A stretch of DNA of 64,000 nucleotides from Balanoglossus misakiensis (Eukaryota > Animalia > Hemichordata). The number at the start of each line of letters is the position of its first letter. Positions within the stretch are counted from its first letter, which is position 1. The translations under genes and the position numbers were made by a program. Of this stretch, positions 1-12,619 are shown piece after piece. Where the stretch lies: NCBI GenBank assembly GCA_040954595.2, contig CM082592.2:10031677-10095676 (forward strand), written 5' to 3'. The notes beneath the pieces were generated by a model. That model made no database searches, had not been told where the DNA came from, and worked only from the letters and a program-made list of their open reading frames with translations.

Positions 1-1145
1 CTTGCTGCTAGCAACCACTGCCAGCATGCAACTGTGGTCTCCATGCAGGCAGCTGTGAAAATCTTGATTGGTGCCCAGCACAGACTGTGTAGAAGTTTAC
101 GATTTAACCCTGAAAACACAAACAAAAGAGAAAAAAATAAAATCATTTGTATCAATTTCTCACTTTAAAGGTAGTATTCGCCTTGAAAACCAGTCTTTGC
201 TTTAAGGTGGACTAGTACTCTGAATGAAGATTATCAATACATACCTTGGCTAGATATCAAGAGTGCACACACTCTGAACATCGCGTGGGCAAAACCATCT
301 TCAGACTCGGAATCACAGGCTTTCTTGAGCTGCTGACTGAGGATGCTGGTTAAACTGACACCTAGGTCTGAGTCAGCATAGATAGCCTTCATACCAGCAA
401 CCTGTTTGGGGGAGGGGGGGATACACAAGTTTGGAGGTCAGAGTTAGACGTATGGTCGAGATAGCTGTGGTCATCTTGGAGTAGAATCACGTCAGGCATT
501 ATGATAATACTTACGCCTGTGTTACAGACTGCATGTTGAACTTGAAATATGCATTAGCTAGGCAATATACTGGATGGTTCATTCTGGAGTATGTGCTTAC
601 CTCTCCTGCATATCTGCTTCTTGTGCTCATAACAGAGACAAAACTGGATGAGTCATTCTTCACACAGCCTGGCCTCTTGTCCAAAGCTGAACCCTAAAAT
701 CACAAGCACCATCAAGCCAAATAGATTAGTGTACCATCTCTACATCATGCCTGAATACAAAATTCATTTCACATACATGTTAAAATTCGTCTCAACCGAA
801 AAATCACAAGGACTGTCAACGCAAGCATATTGCTCACCCCAAGGGATGCTGATGCCTTGTTGAAGCCAGCAAACTGCAGAGCGCTCTCTGTGGCCAGGGC
901 AAGCCCACTGTGTTGAAAGAGATGGTCTCTGCGACTTTCTAACTCAACCAGGTATTGCTGCAGATGAGATCTGGTGGCCGCTGGCGCCCATTTGACAGCT
1001 TCTTGTAAGATTCCTCCACATCGGGCGGCAAAGTCACGAACTATAGTCTGCAAAATATGAAACGTCAGTTGAACACAAATCATCTGTATTTGGTACAACA
1101 ATGCGCTCACAAAATTGTCACGAGGGTTTGTCATTTTTGCACTGA

Positions 1146-1225
<80 letters not shown>

Positions 1226-4200
1226 AATTTATCATTACCTCTCTAGCCTCCATAGTATCCATGACAGTGAGAGAGAACGTTGTACCAGGCACAATCATAA
1301 CTGTTGCCTCCTGTGTGGGTTCATCTTCTAATGATTTGGAGAGTAACTGTAGCATATTCAACATGGTGGACAGCACTCTACCATTCCACAACAAATGGGG
1401 AAATCTGCAGAGACAGAGGATACTTTAGAATCAACAGCTGAATCCCTTCCCATATATATATCAAAATATATATCAGGTTCATCAAGTTTCAAATAAAATT
1501 TAAATACCAGCTGTATGTTCTTACTTGTCAACTAATCCTGACAAATATTTATCAGCAACTCTTCTGATTATCTTCAGTATGTGATTAAACTTGACCAACA
1601 GAAACACTGCGTGGTTCTCCAGTTCAGTCTCTCGCATGTCAGTCCTCGGCTAAGATGAGAAAAATGGTATGTGTTATTTGCTATGGATATATCTGCAGAA
1701 AGTACCCTAGGTTGGGCACGTTGTTCTGGTTATTGAAGACTGTTGGATTTATTCACGACAATCAGTTCTGAGTTAGGCATTAAGGCATTAATTAATACTG
1801 GTGAGGGGGGTTGGCTTTAATAAAGAACTCACTCGGTTTTCCATCAAATTTAAGAACATCTTGAAGACTTGATCCGACACGGCTGCAATGCACTGCCACA
1901 TTCCGGCCTTATCCTTCTGGATGGCCTTGTCTTCTAGGTACTTGAAGAGGACATGGAAGCTGCACTTGTCACCACTGTTCTGGACGCGCAACGTCTCAAG
2001 ACGGTACACGGAAAGCAGGTAGGTGCACTGGGCAAAGCTGAGTTTGCTGACGAGTGGAATCACTTCTGGGGGATGCTCCAGTAATGTCAGAATGGTTTGT
2101 CTCAGTTCGTTGAGTTCAGCCTGAGAGTGCAAAAACATCAATAGGGAAATTAATAAATGACCAACAACTGTACAATCTTCATCATAAAATCTCTCACCAC
2201 TTGGAATTTGTTTTGATAGGATGGAACTTACCGGAGAGACACTGTCATTCCTCAAGGCTGAATTGTATTGCAACTCGGACCTGAGATGTTCTCCTGCAGT
2301 TGGGTTCAACAAAGGCGACTTGGAGGCAATCTCACACACGCCCTCGTACCATTCCTTCGGCCATAGACCTAATTGCCAGAGAAAACAACATCAATCAATA
2401 TCTTCACCATTGTCATTCACACTTGCCACTCTCATGTTAAGTGACACTTCATCACAATTCCACATCTGTCCATGTCCGCTAATCACGACAGGCCACTGTG
2501 GCAAGAAATCTGCTTGTTTCGACTGATATGCATGTAATATATGGATACCCTGTATTCCAAAATGATCTGGACTACTTGAATCCAGCGAATCTCAAAGTTT
2601 ACATTACCCAACTCTACTTACAGTGCATCGGGAGTAATTCATGCATGGATAGCAGTAGGCTAATTTCTATGGTATTCCACAAATTTAAAATTTGCAGGGT
2701 CACACTTTTAAAAGAAAGGCTACTTGAAACCATCCTGTGACGTTCTGAGTGAGAATTGGAATACATTGGCTATACAGGTATGTGAAACTGTGGATACAAA
2801 GAGGTCAAGAGGTCGTGTTTGCAAATGGTGAAACATGCATAACTAGCTACCCGTGTCAACCAATCCAAGGACGAGAAACCCAAAGTGATGATGCATTGTG
2901 GGATACGTCTGCTGTCAGGGGCAACCCCGTGATGCGCATCCCTAGCAACAGTCACATGCAAAGGTCATTGACATGAAGTTTGTCAACAATGCTATAGTAT
3001 ATCCAATACCTTGTTGCTTCTTCAACACTTTTATTGCATTCAAAGAAGACAAGAAAGAAAAGGAAAAACAAAATGAAGGAAAATGTACATGATTATACTG
3101 GCGTGAATGATCATGATGATGTGTAACCAGAACCTCCTTCTGTCAACATACCATTTTTTTCTGATATGATGAAATGACAGTCTCTCTACTGCCATGCAAA
3201 AATAAATAAAACATGCTCTTGTAACTTGGATAAATTATGATCACACATGTGAGAGATTAAGTACAGTTCATTAAGTTTCATGAATGAGATGATAAACTTT
3301 TATGTGAAGTAGTTATGACTGTGAAATCGTTTCAGGCAGTAACTGAACAGGTTCAAATGTTATGCCTATTGACAGGTGCTCATACATGTAGTAACTCATG
3401 CATAAATTCTTAAATTTTGGTTTCAACAAGAACCTAGTACACACGGTGATGACAGCTAGAAAGTTAGACAAGATAGTAACTTAAATATTTCAAAGCGAAA
3501 AATGGAAAATCTCGTTACCTGACTCCTCCACAGCAAAACCCATGACAACGCAGTACAACCAGAAATCACGGAAAAGTTTATGTAAACGAGGCTTCGGGTT
3601 GATGATTGGAGGCAGCCTTTTCACCAACTGAAGGAATAAAATAATGAAAAATATTACTTTTTCCCAAACTGCAACATACGTATATGATTACCATACTTTT
3701 CGAAAATCATCAAACTGGATACCAGTGCAGATGAATGTCAGTTAGAAGGAGAGTTGACTTACCAATGCCAGAACCGGTATAAGCACACCCAGGTTACCAG
3801 CACTGCTGGAAGCTTTGATAGCAGTGGGGGCTTTCTCACTGGCTCTTTTGCCTTCCAAACCAAGCTGAACGAACAACTCCAGAAGCCTGACTAACAACTC
3901 TTGCTGTTCTGTCTCTCCTTCCAGGTTTGCTGCTATGTTGGCTAAGGCGTTGATGACAGCCAGGGAACAGTGTCTGTAGAAAAAAAATTGAGAGGGTTGG
4001 TTTAACTGAACTCTGCAAACCAAATGTCCTTGCACATCAACCAGTCTCACAGTTTAGACTGGTATCATCATCATGGTGGATGGCATGAAAGCAAAATAGT
4101 GCAGCCAACTTTTACCTGTATCCATGGGTGTCATTGGTACCATACGTTGCTGACCCTGCTTCGACGCTGATTTGTATAAACATGTTCATTACATCTTGAT

Positions 4201-7200
4201 AGATGGATGACTGCAAGGAAAAAGAAGAGATGTAAATGAACAGCATTTACAGCAGATATGCAGCCCTAAGGATAACACATTACTGACTACTGAATGATAA
4301 TGGACAGGAATTGTTTTATATCAGTCTTGAGCTGATGATGAGAATTCTTCAACTTACTGATCCGCTAATGATCATACAACCCAGCATGTCAACAATCAAG
4401 ACATCCAAGGGCGAGGGCGGTCTGCAGAATCTCTGTTGGAATATCTGAAAGATACTCTCCATCGTCCTAGGGGTACTGCGAAGTATCACAGCCACATGTC
4501 CCAGTGTCAGAATGGTGTTGATTGAAATCAGTGTAGACTCTCTGAAAGAGAAGGAAATGAAGCCATTGCAAGTGACATACATTTAATTTACTGACGCAAC
4601 CAGTAATTACAAGGGTACGAAATAGGAAATCAGGGTACAGCAGACAGGTTCCATAACAGCAGGGATTGCTATACATGTACAAAGCCTTAGCCTTACCTGT
4701 CACTTGTCTCAGCTGTATACAATCTGTTTGACACTGACGCAAGGAATGCCTGCACACAGTCTGGATTCTCTCTGAGACCTGCCTTCAAAGATCTGCAATA
4801 TATAAAATTATCCAAGTGGCATCAGTGTATCTGCTGTGAACCAAACCATCCAGGAGTTTAATGATACTGACTGAGGGTACACAACCCACTCACCTGCAGA
4901 GATTATGGATTGCCGAATCTCGCAGTCTCTCAAACGGAGTCAAGTCCGCCCCTGCCAAACCGCTGAAGACAGCAGACTGTTTGCCCACAATGACCTTGAC
5001 CCCAAGGCCAGCCGAGCTGAGGTTGTGCTGCTTGTGGAGTTTCAACAGTACTGGGGAGGGGTTGACCAGGAAGTCTTCAAGTGCATGGATGCAGAGGTTG
5101 GCCATGATGGGGAACTTCTCAGCCACCATACCAAGACCCTGATGAGAAAGACACAGACATTAAGATTAGAACCATGTCACGCCCAGGCTACCATATATCA
5201 AAGACCGATGCAGAGTGTCATTGAGAACCATGTCATTTCTCAATCGAACATGAGATGAAATTTTGTAATCTGATGAATGACACAATTAGAGTTCTACTAC
5301 ATGTACGTGTACCCCCTCACCTCTAAACAGCACATCATGAGAGGCATATGTGCTAACACATGCCTGGTTCCCATGTTGGAATTTAGTTTTTCGGTAAGTC
5401 GGCTGATCAGTCCATCAGCACCTGTGTGTATGACAAGAAAAGAAAATGAAGTCCATCGTCAAACTATTTTCCAATTCTCAAATCTATCCTAATTGTGATC
5501 AGTGTTTAATCGATGCAGACTAACGGTACATAGAGAGTAGATTTATTATCCGAATAGTAACCAAGAAGACAAACTAACCCGTGTCCTCCATAACTGCCCA
5601 CACAAGGAGATCAACACAGGCAGCATTCGCCTGAACTGCCAAAGCAAATGTATTGACTGCATTCAAGTTCTTAGGAACGTCCTGACTTCGATTTTGGAGT
5701 TCTGTCTGTCCTGACAGGAACAAATCCCGGATGAAAGACTGCACGTCGATTGTAAAGCTGGTTGGTAAATCTACAGGCAGAGAAACAAAGATATGCTCAT
5801 TAAATAAAAAAAGCTGAGATTTTAAAACACATTTTTTCCAAAGTGCAAATGTTAATTATCTAGCACCGGCACCCACCTTCTTGATGATGGAGGAGATATC
5901 GCAGTAGAGTTACCATGGTAACATTGATCGTTTCGCTGAAAGTATGGTACATGAATGATTGATCTGCCACACCTTCACCTTCATCCAGATGATCTGATAA
6001 GGCATTGTCTAAAAACTTCAGTACATCTTTGTTCATAAGTTTCTTTGCCTGGATTGAAGGAAAAATAATATGAAGTCAGTACATGCACCGGGTACATGGT
6101 TGGCATGGTCTTTAATACTACTCTGGATTTATGACTGAGTGGACTCACTCACCATCTGCAGGACAATTTGTAACTGCTGCACATTAAATTTGATTGGCGG
6201 TCTCTTCTCTTCTTCCAGCGCCATGACTGGCTTCATCCGGGGAAAACTCGATCCGACCACCGTGAACAGCTGCACCATAGGATCAAATCCGTAATGTTTA
6301 TTCCGTAGCCTTTGCTTCTCTTCCTCTCTGTCCGGAGGAGGGATGTGTCTTGTCGGTGAGTACCTGTCTTCGATGGTTGGCGTAACTGGTGATATTGACC
6401 CGTCTGGGGGGTTTATGTTTTTCAGGGTTTGGGACATCGACCGGGAGATGATTGGTCGGAATGTGCTGAACGATCGCCGGACAAAGACGACTTTTTCGTC
6501 CCCTGTTTGCACTGTGGCTGGACTGACTGGAGGTGTGAACAGCTGGGATAGGAGTGGGGTGTGGTCACTGCTAGAACGACCCATTGCTCTGGTCATTCCA
6601 ATAAATACTGGCACGATATCCCTGCACAGCTGGCCTGTATGTGGGGAAAGCCAAAATTAACCATTGTCAGTTTACAGCAAGGGTCACAGTTTATCTAAAT
6701 CTCATCAAATTTGGTATAGAAATTCTTTCCCAGTATTGGTTCAACCTAAGCCTTGAAGACAACAGGAGTAAATTAATCCTGGCTGTGAAAGGGTTTAAAA
6801 GTCTACTTACTTCTTGTGACTTCACCAGAGCTTGGGCTCTGACACATCTTGCTGAGGGTCTGGAACACCTCAAGCTGCGTTTGTATGATCTGAAAGTGAG
6901 AAAGCAAACAGAAGTGAGTTTTAACGATGTACTGATGTTCCACTCATACAAAATCATACTGCTTTCTTTAATGGTTGTTAGGTTCCTGGTACATGTATTT
7001 TGAAAATTTCTTGAAACCTCTCAGCTCTCAATTTTCAATGATTTTAACCAAGAAAATGACAGCAATTCTTTATTTGACAATACATGTACTCTTCTTGCGT
7101 TGAAAGGAGAATTCACACAACACTTACACTTGCACAATTGTCGTCATCTTCAGCTGCAATATCACTTAGCAGTGTCGTCAAACAGAAACTGAAAATTTCA

Positions 7201-8982
7201 CTTTGTGGAAGCTCTGCAATGCAAGGACACAGAAAGTGAGATGAAAATTCTCTGCATTATCATCAACAAATCATAATTTGCGACACTAGAAAACATGACA
7301 AGCGTGACAAAAATGTAATTACCACAAGCATTCCAGGGATTATCATACAATTGATGACATTTTTCATTAATTTTTTTCCTACATTTTTTATTGAAAAGGA
7401 CTCTTCACCACTAAATCTAACATGAATTACTCTATATCGGCCCCGAGTGTAAAATGCAGATGAAAGGTTATCCATGGAACTCATCCACTTACTTCCTCTT
7501 GTACGCAGTATCCGATCTTCAATCCATATCGCTTTCGGGAATGATTTCAACAGTCCCAACAAATATGGAATGATTTTATCCTTGTGCTGGAAATAAATAC
7601 ACAGAACACATAGATGTAAAGGGCTCTACCAAACAGCCATATATCAGGTACTTGTAAATGTATACTCCTTAAGGGGTATCCATATATCACACATAGGTCC
7701 ATTTTCACTCTTGATAATTACAATCTATTTTTTATCCTTGTCTAAATTGTTTCCTGTTTTTAGCAAAATCTTATCACTTGAAGACATGATATACTTTTCA
7801 CCTGCTGGCAACAAACTAACCGGCAAATTGCTACTATTACCAGAAGTTGATTTCAAAATGAGAGAATATATTATTCTTGACGTGGTTGCTATGACAACTC
7901 ACCTGAAGTCCCGATTCGAGGAGATATATTCCCAATGCAATTACAGCCTCTTGTCGTCTTTGATCTAACACATACACTGACTTGCCGTTGGAATGTGGGC
8001 ACATCGCCAACAGACGATTTATCTACGAGAAATACAATGTGAAACATAATGAAAGATGCATGTTGTAAGGGGCAAAGTGTATTAAGGAAAGGGTTGATAT
8101 AGCCAGCAAAAATAACAGGCAATTTTACGGTTGTGTACAGGGTAAGCTTTTACTGATCTAGTATATTCACAGACAGTCTCTTGGTACCTACTTAGGCTAC
8201 TGTTCAATAGACATTAGAGGAATATTCAGTCTACAAAATAAATTGCAAAATACATGTATGCTGGTATATCATGCTGAAAGATGTTCACAAAAATCTGCAC
8301 ATCTGCTTTGATGGATTTTATCCTCGACTGAAATTGTCCTTAGATATGTGTAAATGCCTTTCTGTGCATGTAACAGACATTGTGTCCTTGCTGACTAAGA
8401 ATCTAGCCCTGACTCATTTTGTACAATTATAAGAGCATGCACATCAAATGATGTCGGAATGTAACTGATACACTTTGGTCAATCGACTATCCTTGACACA
8501 TTGACAATACCATACCCCCCCCCCCCATGATATAATTGCACAAGTGCTTTGTAACGTTACTTCTGGCCAAGCTTTCGGTCCTCGACGCACTAATGAATCA
8601 ATGTCTATTATACGAGCATGATATGCTATCGGAATGCAGTGACATCCTTTTATCTTGCCAGTCCCGATCAATGGTTGCATCAATGCCAACCTCCGCAAGC
8701 AACTTTGGTATGTCAGTTGAAATTGATGATGCCCAGCTGTCAAAATGACTGGGATGGTGGTACAATGTGCGTACAAGGCTGATAAGACACCAAACTATTA
8801 CTGGTATGGTAGCACAGTCAATGTATAATGCCATACTCTTTGCTCCTGGGTACAAATTCCTATTTCAGATAACATGTGTTCTGGACTGACATACCAGTAC
8901 ATGTACAATGTACATGTACTAGTAGTATCTGAAATGCAGGTTTTTTGGTTGAAGTAATCAGGAGATGATGATGATGATGTCA

Positions 8983-9078
<96 letters not shown>

Positions 9079-11261
9079 ACACTAGTATAAAAGTTTATAT
9101 GTTGAGCTAAAGTAAGAATACTGGTGATATCGAACAGATTAAACTCAGCAAATTAATTATCACTGTCCTTGGTGTATAAATTATTGATTCTGGTCAAAGA
9201 AATGGCACCAAAACCTGGGTCCCCTGATTAAACCTATTTGTCAAAATTTACATGTACCTATTTACAGTGTATCAAACACACCTCTTGCATGAGAAACCTT
9301 TGTAAAATACATTTTGATTTGTTGGATAAAGACTGTAATCGTGTAGTGTAAAATTTTACGAGTAGCGGTAAGGAGGTCCAGCTCAAGGGATTTGATGGTG
9401 TGGAACAAACCATGTAGCCTCAGTGATTGGCAAATCTGACAGTTTCATATTCAGTCCAGCTGAGATAATCAGCTGGCCTTTAGCACCCTGACTGAATAAT
9501 TTGTAGCTCTGGGATTTTATCTGTGATCATTGCATTACTTGGCTCAGAGCTCTGCATTTTCCCTGGAGAGATATTTCAAAACCTTACCCTGGCACATTTT
9601 GCTCGATCTGGCCTGCCTATATCCCATGCAGACATTTAATTTTGTCATTATTGAAATGAAGTTAATAGAATTTATTACCATAATGAATATCTGTTTGGTT
9701 TTAGGTAAATTTTTGACACAATTACAACATGACAGTTGGCACACCAGGTCATTTGCGACTTTCAATTACTGGGTCTGCCTTGAGTGTGTTTAATTTCACA
9801 GCCCTTTGAAATACTGGCATGTTCTGGCTGTGTTTAATTTCACAGCCAGCTGTACTGTCCCTGTATAGTAATTTACACTGGCTGGTAATCAATACATGTC
9901 TGTACACTAGACAGTACACACTGCCAACTTTGCCTTGGGGATCATGATCACATCACATCATTAATCATCCACTGCTGCCACACTCACTTATATTCTCAGA
10001 AGTATGACATGAAAAATGGTCAACAGTCTCCCCTTGCAATAAACTAATGCTTTTCAAAATCACCATGGGCTTTTTTATGACTTGTTATGGTTATTTTTAT
10101 AGTTTATCACTTTGTATATAGTGACTCCAGGGGAAATCATTCAATTGGCAATGTATGATCTCAAATTTAAGTACAAAGCTGTATTTATTTTACTTTTCAC
10201 CATGATATTTTTGCATCACATTCACAATAAGAGCACCAAAAGGACTAAATTTCAAAGCAATTACACCAATGTCGTTTTTCTGGATTCCAGATAGTCATAT
10301 TGTGTAATACTTGATGGATTACTATTCACCAAAAAAGACATATTATATGATTATCGAAGAAATCACAGACTATACAGCAGAGCAAACTGCATCTATTATT
10401 TACACCGATCCATGCACAATTGCCTGCATCCTCTCTTTTGCAGGTTGAATCTGGGGTCCAATAAATATCATGTTTTGAGGACCCGGTCCCAGCTGTGACA
10501 TTTGCGAGAGATATCTATGGCAAAATGGCACTCTCATCGGGTGTGTCTCAATATACACAAAAATACTTGCCTATACGCAAGTATATTAAGTATTCCTTTG
10601 AGGTCACCGGTTACACCTAGTCCATAGTACAGATCATAGACAATTAACATGAAGCCTTCAAATCTGTAACTATGGCAACTACCCTCTTCTTTAGAAAAGT
10701 GTTAATCTAGGTAAACCATTTTGCAAATCATTTGAAGAAATAATATCTGGGTACAAGCAACCGAAAATGGAGAACACATTTGAAACATACACTACAAAAT
10801 GGAAATTAATGTACAACTACCACAGTGACATTTTTCAGTGTAATGTGCATGACAATTAGTCAGTTGCTGTCTAATTTAATAACCAAATTATAACTATGCT
10901 GTCTCCCACCCGTCGGATGGAACTGTTTAAACACAAAATAAAACAGCAACCAATGTAGAAACACTGTGAACGCGACAGACATGACACTGACAGATATACA
11001 GGACATTTCAGACGCCCCCTCCCTGTATCCACTGCCGAGTGTCATGTGGTGTGGTGTGGTGTGTGTCACACACAAGTGTACGTACGCGGTATATCATGTA
11101 GTTTCAAAATGGACTATAAATGTGATGATGCAGGCTCAGTATGCGGTTAATTATCTAGCCAGAAAACTAACCTTCTCCCATGGTGCGGGTGTTGTGTTCG
11201 CTAAGCACCTGGCCAAATGTATTAATGTTGAGGAGAAGAATTTTTTCTCCTCCGCCGCCAT
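1..11261 (-). CDS. PI4KA: Phosphatidylinositol 4-kinase alpha, multi-exon; 5' part only, continues past the window start
   Basis: ATG at 11261 ([21 protein letters not shown]...PWEK, exon 11172-11261). Exon 7903-8022 reads ...[17 protein letters not shown]. Further GT-AG exons at ~7493-7586, 6151-6634, 4894-5139 ([15 protein letters not shown]), 4357-4541 ([18 protein letters not shown]), 3763-3973 ([33 protein letters not shown]), 3519-3627 ([20 protein letters not shown]), 1833-2121 ([15 protein letters not shown]) and 837-1047 ([13 protein letters not shown]). These motifs are characteristic of the PI4KA N-terminal/solenoid region. Confidence 0.95.
1146..1223. repeat. (ATG/GAT)n trinucleotide microsatellite in a PI4KA intron
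   Basis: Pure ATG repeat; it explains the poly-M and poly-H ORF artefacts. Confidence 0.97.
8963..9078. repeat. (GAT)n trinucleotide microsatellite in PI4KA intron 1
   Basis: Long GAT run with one interruption (gtca) near 8979. Confidence 0.97.
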
Positions 11262-12619
11262 GTTGACTCACAGTGCACTACCCAAGCTTTAATAAAAAAT
11301 TACAGTGGTTTGATTTCGACAAGGGTGAAAGAATGATCCAACTCGGTCTATTTAGTTTGCAATTAAATTATTTTTAATCAAATATAAAAGAAAATGTGGA
11401 AAGCGTGGATGCGAGCCTGTGGTTACACGTTAAAGTGGGAGGGAACCAATTTAATGATGTGCAATTCCATCTGTGCTAAGGAGTTCAAAACAAATACGTC
11501 ATACAAAGAAATCTGTGACAGGAAGTGGAGGTATTCCTCGAGTTTTCCGACGCATCCAAGTGTCGTGGCGCAGTGTGCAACAAAAAAATCCACGATCACC
11601 AACTCATAAGAGAAAAGGCACTTCTTTTCTCATCAAGTGAAGAGGACATCAGACTTGAGGACACGTAAGTTGCATCTAGGTAGCTCGGGGTTCTTACCGA
11701 ACCCCATGTTACTCGTTTCGGATGTCAATGACCAAAGCAAATCAATATGAAATGCTAAGTTTAGTCATTGACCCTGGGTTTCGTTGCAGCATGGCTGCAA
11801 GAACTGTAAGTTAAGTTTGTGAAGGATTATACTATATAGCATTGGAACATAAAATGTACATTGGTTTCTACATTAAGTAACCAAAATTGTAAATACATGT
11901 ACATAATGCAATCAATTTATTTAGAGTAAGGTCAAACCGACATCTTTGTAATCATGGGTCTGTATGATCTGATGCAATATATTATTTCCTCTGAAGATGA
12001 CTTTTAATATTAATAATATTAAATATTTCACAAAGAGAGACGCAAGTGGTTGCGTTTAACTTACGTTTTCTTTGTCATGTAGATTTCACATTGTTAGGGA
12101 AATCCTTTCAGGGAGCCCCATGCAAATGTTGCATTGTGATATGGACAAGACGAAACCATTGTTTCCTGGCAGTGGATTGAAATAGGCAAATAATTCCATA
12201 TACAAGGCTTTCTAAAATGGGCTTGTAAATTACAATTATGTAGCCTTTATTCAGAACTATAACAGGACAATAATCTAGAATATCTTTAGGCCACATTTCA
12301 TAGTGGTGTCTATTTACCAATATTATGAGTAACACCCAACCACGGTTGTGACCCAACTGACCGCTAAACTTCCTGCATACAGATTCCATTACCATTGGCT
12401 CAGACCATGAATTCCAGGGGTCTCATTAAAACTGAACTAAAAGTGTCACCTCAAAAATAAAGCCACCAGTCATTTCCTGTCCACAGTCACTCTTCTGTGA
12501 AAACTACATCTAAAGTTTAATATTTTGCTTGTACATTGTAGACTGCTGATTCTAGAAAGTTTTCTGAAGAAGTTGCCTGTCACTCAAATTTTTATTTTTT
12601 AAAGCAGTATAATTTCGCC

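Noticed and set aside
1131-1331. Poly-His and poly-Met ORFs
   Set aside because: These are translations of an intronic (ATG)n microsatellite read through a splice donor; the real PI4KA exon ends at ~1239.
2740-2990. Possible intronic snoRNA (GTGATGA C-box-like at ~2885)
   Set aside because: The box is on the strand opposite to the host gene, with no matching D box or terminal stem.
5910-5923. Perfect X-box palindrome GTTACCATGGTAAC
   Set aside because: It lies within a PI4KA coding exon and can be explained by codon constraints, so it is not called as a regulatory site on its own.
8798-9082. Poly-His ORF
   Set aside because: It is an intronic (GAT)n microsatellite with no splice or protein-family support.
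9785-9848. Direct repeat TGTGTTTAATTTCACAGCC twice with a spacer (CRISPR-like look)
   Set aside because: There are only two copies, in a eukaryotic intron with no cas genes; it is an ordinary local duplication.
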